Below are positions 21,875 through 32,532 of a stretch of DNA of 64,000 nucleotides, in pieces. Each line of letters starts with the position of its first letter. Within the stretch, counting starts at the first letter, position 1. The position numbers and the translations under genes are program-made. The notes below the pieces were generated by a model. That model did not search any database. It saw only the letters and a program-made list of their open reading frames with translations, and was not told the origin of the DNA. The stretch spans positions 310,001 through 374,000 of the forward strand of contig JAQGDQ010000057.1 in assembly GCA_030141605.1 (NCBI GenBank), read 5' to 3'. This stretch comes from Tubiluchus corallicola (taxonomy: Eukaryota; Animalia; Priapulida).

Positions 21875-24095
21875 TATAGTAATAGTAATATGCGTTGGCG
21901 ATATAATGCTGCTTGTGCAGTAATTACTAGGGGTGAGCATCGAACGTTCGGATTCGTTTAAAACGTTAAGCACGACGTTTAAAACGTTATGCAATCAGCA
22001 CAATTTAGCAGCGATTTATGTGCACAATTTTAAACTAAGCATTAGTGATTTTATTGCCGAATAAAATCAAGTAATATGCATGATCTTTGTGAGACCGCTT
22101 TCACATTTATTATTGGGAAATGTTAACAACTGAACTTGAATTCGATTCGGAATCAAAATCCCGAAATTCGGTTTGATCCGAGTTCGAACACCAAGAATTC
22201 GATTCGATTTGAATTCGCTTTTTGGCATAGAATTCCGATAAATTACACACATTGTTTGAAACTACGGTAGTAAAGGTGTTCCTGCCACGTTCTGATGTGA
22301 CTACAACTTTTCTCAACGAATGTACAAAATCACTTTCAATTTTCACTTTTATGGACAAAATCCTAAAGAAATTAACTCAATGAAGAAATAAAGAACCTTA
22401 GCCTACAGTTCTCTAGTCTAGAACATCTTGTGTTTATCGAGTGAGTTTTTTAATGAAAGAAGGCGCCAATGGCGTACCACCTGCCAATCATGACGTGTAC
22501 ATACCTAAGTGGCTCGTTGAAATTGATAGACGCTGCTACGTGTATCACCACATTGACGTCATTTGTAAGTAAGTTGTAATCATCATCGTTTAATCCAAGT
22601 CTGGCCTCTGTAATGTTTCCCAAAACCAAATGGAGCTTGTCCATGAACGTCGGACATTCTGCCTTTACCGTGTCGAATAACTGAAAATTTATCAATGTTA
22701 AATTAGTTGAGCGTTACGGCAAAGTTACTAAAACGATCAAACAGTAGAAGCGCGTCAGCCAGGTTCGGATGTGCTTGCATTTTCCCGACCTCAACGACAT
22801 TATGATATAGACGCCAAGGTCAAATTTTAACCAACTCTAATAATCACTGTGAACATTTCTTATACACAAATGACGTTAAATTTCAGCCCTTTATTTATTT
22901 ACTTATTTATTTATTTATTCATTTATTTATCTATCTATTTATTTATGTGTCTAATGATGAATTATTTTGCCTTATTCTATTGCAAGATACGCGGGTAAAA
23001 AATTGTCAAAATCAACACCAACTTCTATATGAATAATTTGATAGCGCTAAAGCTAAATCTTTTGGATACCCCTCACTTCTAAAGACTTGAGATTTAGCAG
23101 TAATGTTATGCATGGAATCATCTATACATTCTACAGGGTTTGCTGGCTTCTTTTTTCCAGTACAACATCCGGTTTCTTGTTTTACCTGATTATCTAACAA
23201 TGCTTGCAGTCGCTCATCCGGTGTCCTGTTCTTCTTTGCTCTTAGTAATAGATAGATCTTGTGTATCCCAGGGCATTTTCTTAATAACTTCTCAACTACA
23301 GTCTTGCCTGAAATTGTACAATTCCTCGTGTTAGATCCACTTCCGCGGGTCAATTTTAATTCGAATCAGGGCGTACAAAAAGCTAATGCTATCGTTTTTC
23401 TCCATTTGCTTTTTAGACATCCTGATTCAGATTACTAACTGACATAAGACAAACTCTCGCTTACCATGCAGTTACCTTTTAACATAGAAAAACATGTGCT
23501 TATTCTGATTTTCAAGTGTGAGAGTTAGCTAAAACTAGAACTTTGTTTCATCTAAGACTTTCTGAGACTATATGTTTGAGGTTATATTTAGGGCTAAGTG
23601 AATATCTTTAAAAGAGCTTATAAATATCTAGTTCTTCAATCCAAAACTGAACCGCAAAGACGAATGCTACGATTGGTTATAACCAGATTAATAATTGGAT
23701 ATTATGGCCCTAACAGAATGCACTCATTGCACTCAATTTGCTAATAACAACTTCTTCGTGTGACTTGGACATTCTTTGAACACGCGATTTTTTGACGAGA
23801 AGTCATAGCTTATATCGAATTTGTGTTATGATGGCTTCATAAAAAATGCTGGCGGCAAATGGATGACCGTAAGTGTAGCTCACATACGATTGCTAGTGAA
23901 CAACAAAAATTGGATGACCACGACATATGCACGATTCTTTTAGACAACATATTGAAAATAAGAATATCTAGATCTAATATCAAACTTTACAATTGTACAA
24001 GTTTTTAAGAATATTTGAGTATACTTACCAATATAACCTGAAAAACCAGTCACAAAAACTGACTTTCCGGAGTAAAATTCTGGTACTGAAATCAT
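11167..24095 (-). CDS. FAR: Fatty acyl-CoA reductase (FAR1/wat-like, NAD-binding plus FAR_C domains), 12 coding exons, 522 aa
   Basis: MISVPEFYSGKSVFVTGFSGYIGK Rossmann start, VIHVAASINFNEPL, HCSTGF, PNTYVYTK (YxxxK), IVRPT, DLIPVDIV, FAR_C region and C-terminal hydrophobic segment. Twelve GT-AG exons sum to 1569 nt, in frame. Confidence 0.95.
11496..11623 (-). CDS. FAR: FAR exon 11 (VFP...WESYI...GMRIHLLNE...PASRRK)
   Basis: FAR_C motif; GT-AG. Confidence 0.9.
11700..12052 (+). mobile_element. Candidate 5S-rRNA-derived SINE (SINE3-like) relic
   Basis: 11749-11780 ggcctgcttagtaagtagatgggcgaccgctg resembles the 5S internal control region GGCCTGGTTAGTACTTGGATGGGAGACCGCCTG. The A-rich 3' part (about 11905-12052) recurs at about 21430-21577. 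Confidence 0.45.
12358..12392 (-). ncRNA. Minimal type I hammerhead-ribozyme-like motif (PLE-associated)
   Basis: CAG CTGACGA A GCCTGTGAAGGAT GAAA GC TT CTG: CUGANGA and GAAA cores, closing CAG/CTG stem I. Confidence 0.5.
14319..14353 (+). ncRNA. Minimal type I hammerhead-ribozyme-like motif (PLE-associated)
   Basis: CAG CTGACGA A GTCT CTTAA GGAT GAAA GC TT CTG. Confidence 0.55.
14820..14949 (-). CDS. FAR: FAR exon 10 (FVRTMNSIH...YFGCREWSW...DAR)
   Basis: YFxxxxWxW FAR_C motif; GT-AG. Confidence 0.9.
15071..15223. mobile_element. Small MITE-like element with internal telomere-like (TTAGG/TTAGGG) repeats
   Basis: aagtttacaatt...aattgtaaactt inverted ends enclosing ttaggttaaggttagggttagg runs. 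Confidence 0.6.
15419..15508 (-). CDS. FAR: FAR exon 9 (WLYKFLTLLYHTLPAHLFDY...GKKT)
   Basis: HxxPAxxxD FAR_C motif; GT-AG. Confidence 0.9.
15910..16150. repeat. Degenerate tandem repeat (..ttgtgggca.. units)
   Basis: Recurrent gttgtgggc / ttgtaggc / ggtactgag units. Confidence 0.7.
16189..16270 (-). CDS. FAR: FAR exon 8 (DISSEYLRHHPYKDPIRRP)
   Basis: ttccag acceptor, gtatgt donor, phase consistent. Confidence 0.87.
16502..18978. mobile_element. Academ-like (AcademX) DNA transposon, non-autonomous/decayed, in FAR intron
   Basis: TAG...CTA termini, about 170-bp imperfect TIRs, 3-bp TSD TAA (16499-16501 and 18979-18981). The minus-strand remnant LECFVVLLYD..VCKARKGLF..RA..QAG resembles the XPG-like region of Academ proteins. 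Confidence 0.75.
17761..17970. repeat. 30-bp minisatellite x7 (tgccaagatgggtgaggcagctagagtaac)
   Basis: Directly visible. Confidence 0.97.
19034..19220 (-). CDS. FAR: FAR exon 7 (MGKGYIR...DLIPVDIVSN...LTWGRI)
   Basis: Conserved motif; GT-AG. Confidence 0.93.
19342..19567 (-). CDS. FAR: FAR exon 6 (PNTYVYTK active site)
   Basis: YxxxK motif; GT-AG. Confidence 0.93.
20442..20548 (-). CDS. FAR: FAR exon 5 (AVVHCSTGFVRTD...IIDIV)
   Basis: Translated by hand; equivalent of the VHVSTAY motif; GT-AG. Confidence 0.9.
21135..21305. mobile_element. MITE-like element related to the 41-bp array at 25.8-26.3 kb
   Basis: Shares aagccgttcacac and tttactctcagagagaa and an end motif gtctgagc with 25770-26382. 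Confidence 0.6.
21592..21664 (-). CDS. FAR: FAR exon 4 (VAMNTNVFAVRDMINLCKHCTQLQ)
   Basis: Translated by hand, not in the ORF track; GT-AG. Confidence 0.9.
21719..21874. repeat. (ATG)n(ATA)n microsatellite
   Basis: Directly visible. Confidence 0.98.
22505..22680 (-). CDS. FAR: FAR exon 3 (LFDTVK...HVAASINFNEPL)
   Basis: GT-AG, conserved FAR motif. Confidence 0.92.
23186..23307 (-). CDS. FAR: FAR exon 2 (KTVVEKLLRKCP...LLDNQ)
   Basis: GT-AG, phase consistent. Confidence 0.92.
24029..24095 (-). CDS. FAR: FAR coding exon 1 (MISVPEFYSGKSVFVTGFSGYI)
   Basis: ATG at 24095; G|gtaagt donor. Confidence 0.9.
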
Positions 24096-25632
24096 CACTG
24101 TGAATGGTCTGAATAGTTGTCTGCAACTGTTCTGATGTCTGCTGCTGCAACAAATTGTGGGCATAGATTACCATCGTTCTGTTTTAGGACAAATCAACAC
24201 CGGTTATTACAAATCACGCATGCTTGTTTACTAATAATTGAGTTTAACCTTTCATGTCGTGTTACTCGTCCCATTTCACAGGGTTATTTTTAAACCTGCA
24301 AATAATTAAATACTCACACATTCTCTCTACTCCAGAAATCTTTGTATTCTTTCACTATTAAAATAATATCTTAGCACAGATTTAACTTACAATTTATTTA
24401 TTTTCTGTCTTGTTAATTGTCATTAATTATCTCATACAACCTGAGTATGTAGCGCTAACCGATCATAACAAAAACAAAAGAAACTATATTTTCAGGGTCT
24501 ATGCTCCCTTCACGTTAACAAGAGAGTTACGGTGGTCACTGGTTTCCAAGTTTGCACGCTTTTAAGTTGTACTGGTCACGACGTACCTGCGTGTGACAAT
24601 CATTTGTCTACCTGGAGCTTCCGTGTCTTCAAATCGTGAACAACTGTGTTTACTTATTAACATATTTATCTCAAGTAAACACATTCAGTTTTATGCTACC
24701 TCAGGGGTAATATTTTGCATGAATCAATATGCAGTTTGAGATTGTTTAAAACTGACGCTTACGATATGTTCAGCACTGGCACTTCTTTTACTAATAACAG
24801 CGTTGAAACCAGTCCATGACCCATACGCTACTCATAACAATACAGAACTAATCAAATTCATTAGTACTGTAGTTAAAATATATCAATTTTTGCATTAAAG
24901 TGCAACGGCTGATAAACGTTTAATTCTAAAAGATTTTTAAAAGTAATGTTTACACTTGTAATTAATTTGATAATCACCATAAGTGTAATTTCAAGCGAAA
25001 AATGCATTAAAAGGTTTTGCTCTGAAAAACATTACACACAAAATTTATATTATCCCATAAAACTTCAATTATTTTCCTAGTATTCTTTCTGAATTTATAG
25101 CAGGTAGTTAAACAGGTATCACAAATAGAAAGTGATTATTAATAAGAACCTTTCATTTTTCACTCAACGTAGCAAACTAACAGTATTTTTCTAAACGAAA
25201 CTCACCAAAATCGAGGTACACCTGCAAAGTCCAAAGCAACCACCCCTTCGTATGATTGCCAAAGTTTTTTGTAGAAGCTGGATAAAAACAATATCAACTA
25301 TAACAGCAATTTTTAGAATTATTCGCAGCACGGCCAGCACCTCAACTTCAACGTAGCTTATCTCAGTTAAGAAATGGCGTGCAGCGATGAACTTGGAATC
25401 AAAATGATTCTCATGAAATGGAGATTGAGCATATGTGAACGATAAAGCATAAAGACCAACTTATGGACGTTTTTTCTATATAAGTTCATATTTACAAAAT
25501 GTTTTTATGCTTTTTCTTATGATACGTTTCACTTTTACAAGCCCGAGATAAAGGTCAGCTGATTTGAGCAACGTCACTTATGGCCTATTGACTATTTAAG
25601 GCATTACAAAAAATAAAAGAATTTTTATCCCA

Positions 25633-25690
25633 GTGTGTGTGTGTGTGTGTGTGCGCGCGCGCGCGTGCGTGCGTGTGTGCGTGTGTGTGT
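25633..25690. repeat. (GT)n(GC)n alternating purine-pyrimidine tract
   Basis: Directly visible. Confidence 0.95.
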
Positions 25691-25767
25691 CTATTAAAAG
25701 TAGAATAGAAAATTCAAAAAATGGGGTGATTAGGCAGAACGTCAGAGACATCTCTCGCAACTTTTTG

Positions 25768-26340
25768 TCAAGCCGTTCACACATTGCAACAAGTTGCGAA
25801 AGAAGTTGCCAAGCCGTTCACACGTTGCACGTTGCAACAAGTTGCGAGAGAAGTTGCGAGAGAAGTTGCCAAGCCGTTCACACGTTGCACGTTGCAACAA
25901 GTTGCGAGAGAAGTTTAAAACCGTTCACACGTTGCAACAAGTTGCGAGAGAAGTTGGCAAGCCGTTCACACGTTGCAACATGTTGCGAGAGAAGTTGGCA
26001 CGCCGTTCACACGTTGCAACAAGTTGCGAGAGAAGTTGGCAAGCCGTTCACACGTTGCAACAAGTTGCGAGAGAAGTTGCCAAACCGTGCACACGTTGCA
26101 ACAAGTTGCGAGAGAAGTTGCCAAACCGTTCACACGTGCAACAAGTTGCGAGAGAAGTTGCCAAACCGTTCACACGTTGCAACAAGTTGCGAGAGAAGTT
26201 TAAACCGTTCACACGTTGCGACAAGTTGCGAGAGAAGTTGCCAAGCCGTTCACACGTTGCAACAAGTTGCGAGAGAAGTTGCCAAACCGTGCACACGCTG
26301 CAACAAGTTGCGAGAGAAGTTGCCAAGCCGTTCACTCGTT
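25768..26340. repeat. About 41-bp minisatellite, about 14 copies (cacacgttgcaacaagttgcgagagaagttgccaagccgtt)
   Basis: Directly visible. Confidence 0.96.
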
Positions 26341-26608
26341 GCCACTTTACTCTCAGAGAGAAGACTCTGCGTCTGAGCGCGCATTATATAGAAACCACTG
26401 AACTCAGCCATGTTAGGTCTTTTATTGTGCCTGCTCATGAGCGTACGAGCAGGGCTTCTTAAACACGTATTTTAATCGTGATAACAGATGAATAAAGTTA
26501 ACAAGATGTCTGTTCAAAATAAGAGAGAGAGAGCTGTCCTGAAACTTGTCATCTTTAACATAAAAACGGTAATGCCATTTGTATGTAGTCTCAAAGATTA
26601 CAAAAAAA

Positions 26609-26640
26609 TTTTCACCCTGGTGGGTATCATCAGCTGAAAA
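26609..26640 (-). ncRNA. Degenerate minimal hammerhead-like motif
   Basis: ttttcag CTGATGA T ACCC ACCA GGGT GAAA: perfect stem II, 3' stem I eroded. Confidence 0.4.
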
Positions 26641-27005
26641 TTACAGGAATAATGTTAAAACTGTATATACCAGCGTAAAACAAAAACATTAAAAGCAAAA
26701 ATAGCAGCTAAACATTGATTTTTGTACTTACACTTGCTCAGTGTTTATAAACTGCCACATTTCGTAAAACTCACTATCAGGGTAGCAGCGCTTTCTATTC
26801 AGGTATGTTAATTTATTCTTTTTATTTTTTTAATTAATCGTTTTTATTCTGGAAAGACCAATTGTATAGTTTTTTCTTCTTATGCAGTTATTTTTACTCT
26901 TTCTCTAACTTATTATATTTCAGCTGCTAAAATCAAAGCTGTATTTTTGCTTTTAACGTTTTTGTTTTACACTGGTATATACTGTTTTAATATTTTATCT
27001 GTAAT

Positions 27006-27045
27006 TTTCAGCTGATGATGTCCGCTAGGGTGAACGCTTCTGAAA
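27006..27045 (+). ncRNA. Degenerate minimal hammerhead-like motif
   Basis: tttcag CTGATGA T GTCC GCTA GGGT GAAC GC TT ctgaaa: 6-bp stem I, core has GAAC instead of GAAA. Confidence 0.45.
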
Positions 27046-28431
27046 TTAATTATATAGATCATTGAGAGTATAAAGGGCATTACATATTTTACGTTAAAGA
27101 TGTCTGCTTAATATGATTTTAGACTAGCACACACGAAGAATGATTATTGGAATCATTGGAGGTGCCTCATGCCGATGTTACAATTTAATCAACCTTTAAT
27201 TAGACTGAGAAATTTGTAATCAGTTGTGACCGATTTAAGGCTTGATATGATAGGCTTAGCATACACGCATTAAATTATTGTGTGTATTGCTATAGCAAAG
27301 AAAATAGTTTCATTGTTTTTCAAACTTAATTTTCAAGATTAAAAAAATCACAATTGGCCATAAAGATCGGCGTAACCCTTCCGCAAAGTGAAGGTTTATT
27401 AGGGCTAAGGCCAATTAAAACAAATTAAACAACGCCTCGATTGTAGATCTGTTCGAAAACTATTTGGCGCTTCGTTGAAAGCACAAAAAATTTGGCCTAT
27501 CGCAACCGTTAAAGGAAAGGCGGTCTTCTGGCAAGTTAGACTTATATCAATGTTCGCAAAAAAGGTTCGAAGAATTTAGTAACAAAAGTGTGATAAGCGC
27601 TTCGTGTAATTAGTAAAATCACTTTAATGTCTTTACTATCATTTCGCGCTAGAACGCTTCAAATTTTAACGCCCGTTTTCCACCAGTGGCGTCGTTAGTC
27701 GACTGAAAAACGGCAGTGTACTGTCAGTTTCTATCAAAAGCATAATAACATTTTACAAAAAATTAGATAACTCATTTTGTGATGTTTTTTCATGAACATT
27801 AGGTAAACTGCAGAAGTTCGGATTACTTTAATCAGTGTGCGCTTACGGAAAGGCACGAAGCGTTTACGAAAAGTCACGACCAGTTAGATCATAATTTTCA
27901 AGTGAATGGCGGATACCCATGCAGTACGCCAGAAAAGTTCTATACAGCGGTAGTATAAATTAACTCTATGTTCTATAGGCATTTTTGCAAATTTCTTTGT
28001 TATGCTTTCCTAAGATAAATAAAATAAACCATTTCACTCGTTTGTTACGTTTATTACTCGTTTATTAAAACCCAACATGTTAAGTGACTTGTCATTTTCT
28101 TTGAGCTAATAAATCATGCTAATGTTTTTTTCTTTTAATGACCTCATTAATTGTTTGTGCTTTTATACACAAAAACCGAGTTCGGTTTTCTTTGTTGTGA
28201 AATGGTTGCTCCATCTATCGGCAGAAAGTGCAAGCGTATCGGCTTATTTCGCTACATGATTTTTCAGATGTCGCAAAAACAACCCCATAGTCTTTTACAT
28301 ACTTTATAAATGTGTCAGTTCATTAAGCGAGATCAACCGACGACGAGAAATTAGCCTGTTACAAAAAGTAAACACGTTTAACTCCGTGAAGTGACGTACA
28401 AATTTAACAATTGTCATAACGATCATCTATT

Positions 28432-29586
28432 TTATACTTTTTCGACTGATGAAAAATATTTTGAAAATTTATAAACTAAATGGAAAAACACATCTATAAA
28501 TAAACAAATAAATAAATATTTAACTAAAGAATTTTCTCGAGGTTTCGTCGCTGTTGGTGTCAGAATCAAAATCGTCATTGTTGTTGTTGCTATTACAATT
28601 GTGGTTGCTGAAGTTGTTCTAGTGCTGATATTGTTGTTTGTGCTATTGTTGCTGTTGCTGTTTACTGTCGTGATTGCATTTTTCCCATAAAACTGTTCCT
28701 CCTCTATCCAGTCAAGAAAGTGGGCAACCTTGACAGAGAAAGTGAAGAGTCGGCAGTTCTCTGTTGTCGTGGATATAATTCCAATTAGCTCACCTGTTTG
28801 GTCCAAAATCACAGGGCCTCCTGAATCGCCTCTGCAGGCTGATTTGAAAAACTTATATGTGCACAGGACAAGTTCAGGATCATCCACTGTTTGAGGTAAA
28901 TTTATAATTATGCCACACTCATAGATATTGAGTACCCAAGACGACACTTTCTGTAGAATGCCTTTATGTGGTCTGTTTAGATATTTTCCTAAAGATCCCC
29001 ATCCAGTGAGAGTAACCCATTCGTGAATGTAATTATTCTGGTCACAAACTGGTAACTTAGCAGGATGAATGTCTTTGTCGAATTCAATTTCTTCATTCAT
29101 CCTCAAAAGAGCGATATCATATTCTGTGCTATCTCCTAAACTTCTATCGTAAGCGTCATGTATCTTATAATAAGAAACCCAGCGTTGTAACTTTGTTTCG
29201 CTGAATTTGTTGCTTCCAATGTATATTTTCATGTTGCGCCCAGAACTTAAACCATAGACACAATGTGCTGCGGTCAATATCCATTGTTCGTTGATGATGG
29301 ACCCTCCACAGAATCTTCCATGTAGCTGAAGGCCAACTTGAAATGGAAATTCTCGGCTATCAACGTCCTCCCCACCAACAATTCTTGGATCTTCCGTAGG
29401 CAACGAGCCATTGCCAAATGAACTTCTGAGAAATCTGACCAAATGCACTTTCTTACTTCTCGGTATTCCTGTCGTTTTACATTTAAAAATTCGTGATGAT
29501 GCGTTTCTTGCATAACAAAAGTCGGACAAAAACCACAAGACATAGATTACGGTGAGCGTATCTAGGCGAATTAAACCGTTGTTCAT
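28432..29586 (-). CDS. Intronless S1A serine protease (chymotrypsin/elastase-like), signal peptide, Thr/Asn-rich stalk and hydrophobic C-terminus, 384 aa
   Basis: R|IVGG activation site; TAAHC, DIALL and GDSGGP triad motifs intact in one uninterrupted ORF. Confidence 0.93.
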   Translation of the reverse strand: MNNGLIRLDTLTVIYVLWFLSDFCYARNASSRIFKCKTTGIPRSKKVHLVRFLRSSFGNGSLPTEDPRIVGGEDVDSREFPFQVGLQLHGRFCGGSIINEQWILTAAHCVYGLSSGRNMKIYIGSNKFSETKLQRWVSYYKIHDAYDRSLGDSTEYDIALLRMNEEIEFDKDIHPAKLPVCDQNNYIHEWVTLTGWGSLGKYLNRPHKGILQKVSSWVLNIYECGIIINLPQTVDDPELVLCTYKFFKSACRGDSGGPVILDQTGELIGIISTTTENCRLFTFSVKVAHFLDWIEEEQFYGKNAITTVNSNSNNSTNNNISTRTTSATTIVIATTTMTILILTPTATKPRENSLVKYLFICLFIDVFFHLVYKFSKYFSSVEKV

Positions 29587-32532
29587 TTACACTTTTGTTT
29601 TCACTATAACTGAACAGATAATTATCCGCCATTGCAAGATAAAGTTCTCAAATGCTTCGAAAATAAATCATTGTTCTGAAAACAATTGCAATGTTTCCTT
29701 TTCTGGTTTTATGCTATTCGCAAAAAATGAATATTTTTATAGTTTTAATAACAGTACTACTTAGTCCTTGTGGTTATTGAGAAAACGATCAGAACACGAT
29801 TGAGAGCACTTGTGGTTATGGAATTCGAATGTTATAAGTTATTACACTTCGCGCATTTTGCTTTCCCTTTTCCTACAGGTGTACTAACAGGGGTGCGAGT
29901 GGACTAGTCAAACCGGGTGTTGATAAGATATTTTAATTATATGATACCTGTGTGTGTAACACTTTTAGGTCGACACGTAGCTTTATCAGTTGATTCTTGA
30001 GTCGACCCAGAGCATTTTCAACAATCTGGTATATTTATTTGATTAATATATTGTTGGTAGAACCAGATTTTTAGGAGCGTTAAGTTTCTAAGTCTGTGGT
30101 ATTTATGCCGTTAAGTCGTCCGTCGTCCATTCAGAAATTAAGCTTCAGTCAGTTAAAACTTTACAAGTGAATCACTTGGGGTAGCCTTAAAATTTTTAGT
30201 ATGAGTAACTTTGCGACAGGTTGATAATCAAGGTCAACGGTTATCCCGAGGGCATATCCAGAACAGAGGTAAGCAGATAGAAACCTCAACAGCTGAACAG
30301 CAATTTTGGCCATAATTGGAAGATCTAATTCAACGAAGAATCAGAGTAGTCTGTTACCTACTAACAAACCAACACAGTCAAAAAGAATTTTACCCCTCCC
30401 CCACGCAGGGACCCCAGGATTGTGGATATACTGAAAGAATCATCAACTCGGTGCCAGGAATTAGAGTGACCTGTCAACTGTCACCTACTGACAATCCAAC
30501 ATTGCCAGAATCATTTATTCCCTCCCAGAGGACGGATGCAATATTGCAAACATTTGCAACTGTATTATAAAAAAGGCAGCTTTGGTACCGCAAAATACCA
30601 AGAGTGCAACTTTTGGGCACTAACGCTCGCTGTCTTGTGGGAATGAATAAAACATTTTTTCGCAAGATTTCTTGTACACAGAATTTGTGACAGCACAGAA
30701 CGGCAATGCAAAATAAACGATGTTTTTCGTAGGCTTTTAGAATGTTAAATTTATTTATTTTTTATAAATAAGTAATATTTGCTGACGTAATAGTAATTAC
30801 CTAACCCTCTTGGTTTACATTTGTTTGATAACTAATAAAGTGTGAACTAATTAGGAATTGTTCTTGAAACTTGAATTGTATTGTCACACATCAAATAAAA
30901 TTATTCATAACCAGTCCGCCTTGAAAAAATATGTTGTAAATACAGCGCACTTGCTGAGCAGGCATTGACGGTGAAGCTTGCTGGAAAAGTGAACCACATT
31001 GGAATACCCATATTTGTTGAGGCCAGTATTTTGACACAAGTCGCACAGCCATCATCTCAAGCAATTCTAAAACGTATTGCGTAAGCTAGCATATTTCATT
31101 CAACAATTTCTGTAGCTTACATGAGATGTTATTGTTTATGTGTTGGACAACTTCGTCTTAGACTGTCCTCAGATCCACTCGCAATGTATAGCTGACGACA
31201 AGGATATAACAGTTGTCATCTCGTTTAGCAGTATAGACACGTCTAAGATTTGCGAGGTCACAGGTTCTGCCAAAATTGATGATACCAAAGGCAGTACCTA
31301 TTTATTCGCATTAAGAGCAGGACAGAAGCTTTAGATTGTTCAGGCTTCTTTGGATGAGTTGGCATCTCACTTCTACGGCATTCCTTCTTCTGGCTATTAG
31401 TTTTCTCCTCCTTGGAGGGACCAAGAAGTTCACCGACAGCGCCACAACAGTGATACCTGGGTACAGTTTTAGGTTGCTGGCCTGATAAATACAGCTTAGG
31501 ATCTTGTTAGTTTTCATGCAATTTTCAAAGGCAGACACTTGCCTTGTATACCTTACTGCTGACAATGTCAATCAATACGATACAAGTAAAGACAATGTGA
31601 GCAATATTCGTGGTGCAGATGTTACTGTTAAAAAATATACCTAGCCAAATACATAGGTATAACCTGCCTTCAATAAGCGAGCTGTGGGGAGACTTTAGAA
31701 TAGCCAAATATCTTTACTAGGCATGAAATGTCATAGGTCCTGCCTGAAAAACATATCAGCTCAGTCTGTCAGCACTCCAAGCTTTCTATTCTATGCCTTC
31801 ACAGGTACCAGTCTTCAGCTGTACCCGTTGCAAGTGGAAAAAACAACTTGGTCCACATGGCAAGTGTTAAGGAGATAACACGAGCATTTGTAATTCCAAA
31901 CAATACCACTCCAGTTGAGTAGCTGAATGACATCAAGTCTGTATTGTACTGACCTTGTTTACCAGGAAAGGAAGTTCAGTAGCGACAAATCCTTCAACAT
32001 TTGTGCCACAAAAGCCCACAATTTGAGTGCTGAATGTATGTATTTAGAGGCTTATTAGATGTTCCAAAATAATATATTACATAAATTCTATACAATCTTT
32101 GATAATTCATGAAATTCGTGTAATACTTTTAACTCCATTTTATGTAAAATAGTGATCTCATTTTATTATAATATCATCTTACTATAATTTTATGCATACT
32201 ACTTCGTATCATGTATTGTAGTGTTAATTATAATTACGTCAGTCTGCTGATTGGTCTGTTTTGTATTAATTATTATGACGTAAATTCATGTATTTTGTGT
32301 TTTTTTTTGTTATCAAGTTATTAATATGTGCTTGCAAATTTTTATATGCTTCATTGTTTTCTAATGTGCACGAGTGTAGATTTTGTGTTCCAATTTACTT
32401 TTATTATGAGTGAAAATTATGAGAGAACTATAATGAATTTGCAGTAATTTTAGTGACATTATTTGCACTCAGCAGTTCTTACAACTGATTGTATACTATA
32501 AATTGTAGACATGAATTGCAATGAAGAATGTT

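Larger units (their letters stand above)
26550..27102. mobile_element. Inverted-repeat element (about 160-bp arms) with hammerhead-like cores; probable Penelope-type pseudo-LTR pair
   Basis: 26550-26710 is an inverted copy of 26937-27102; both arms carry CTGATGA-T-stem-GAA(A/C). Confidence 0.7.

Noticed and set aside
21716-21994. Poly-His/Tyr/Met/Ile ORFs (also 8147-8369, 32511-32964, 61689-62191)
   Set aside because: Microsatellite artefacts
25633-26462. Several 60-247-aa ORFs; superficially CRISPR-like periodicity
   Set aside because: Head-to-tail 41-bp units with no unique spacers, no cas genes, eukaryotic context
30950-32030. Possible second Academ-type coding remnant
   Set aside because: Motifs too eroded to assign; no termini found
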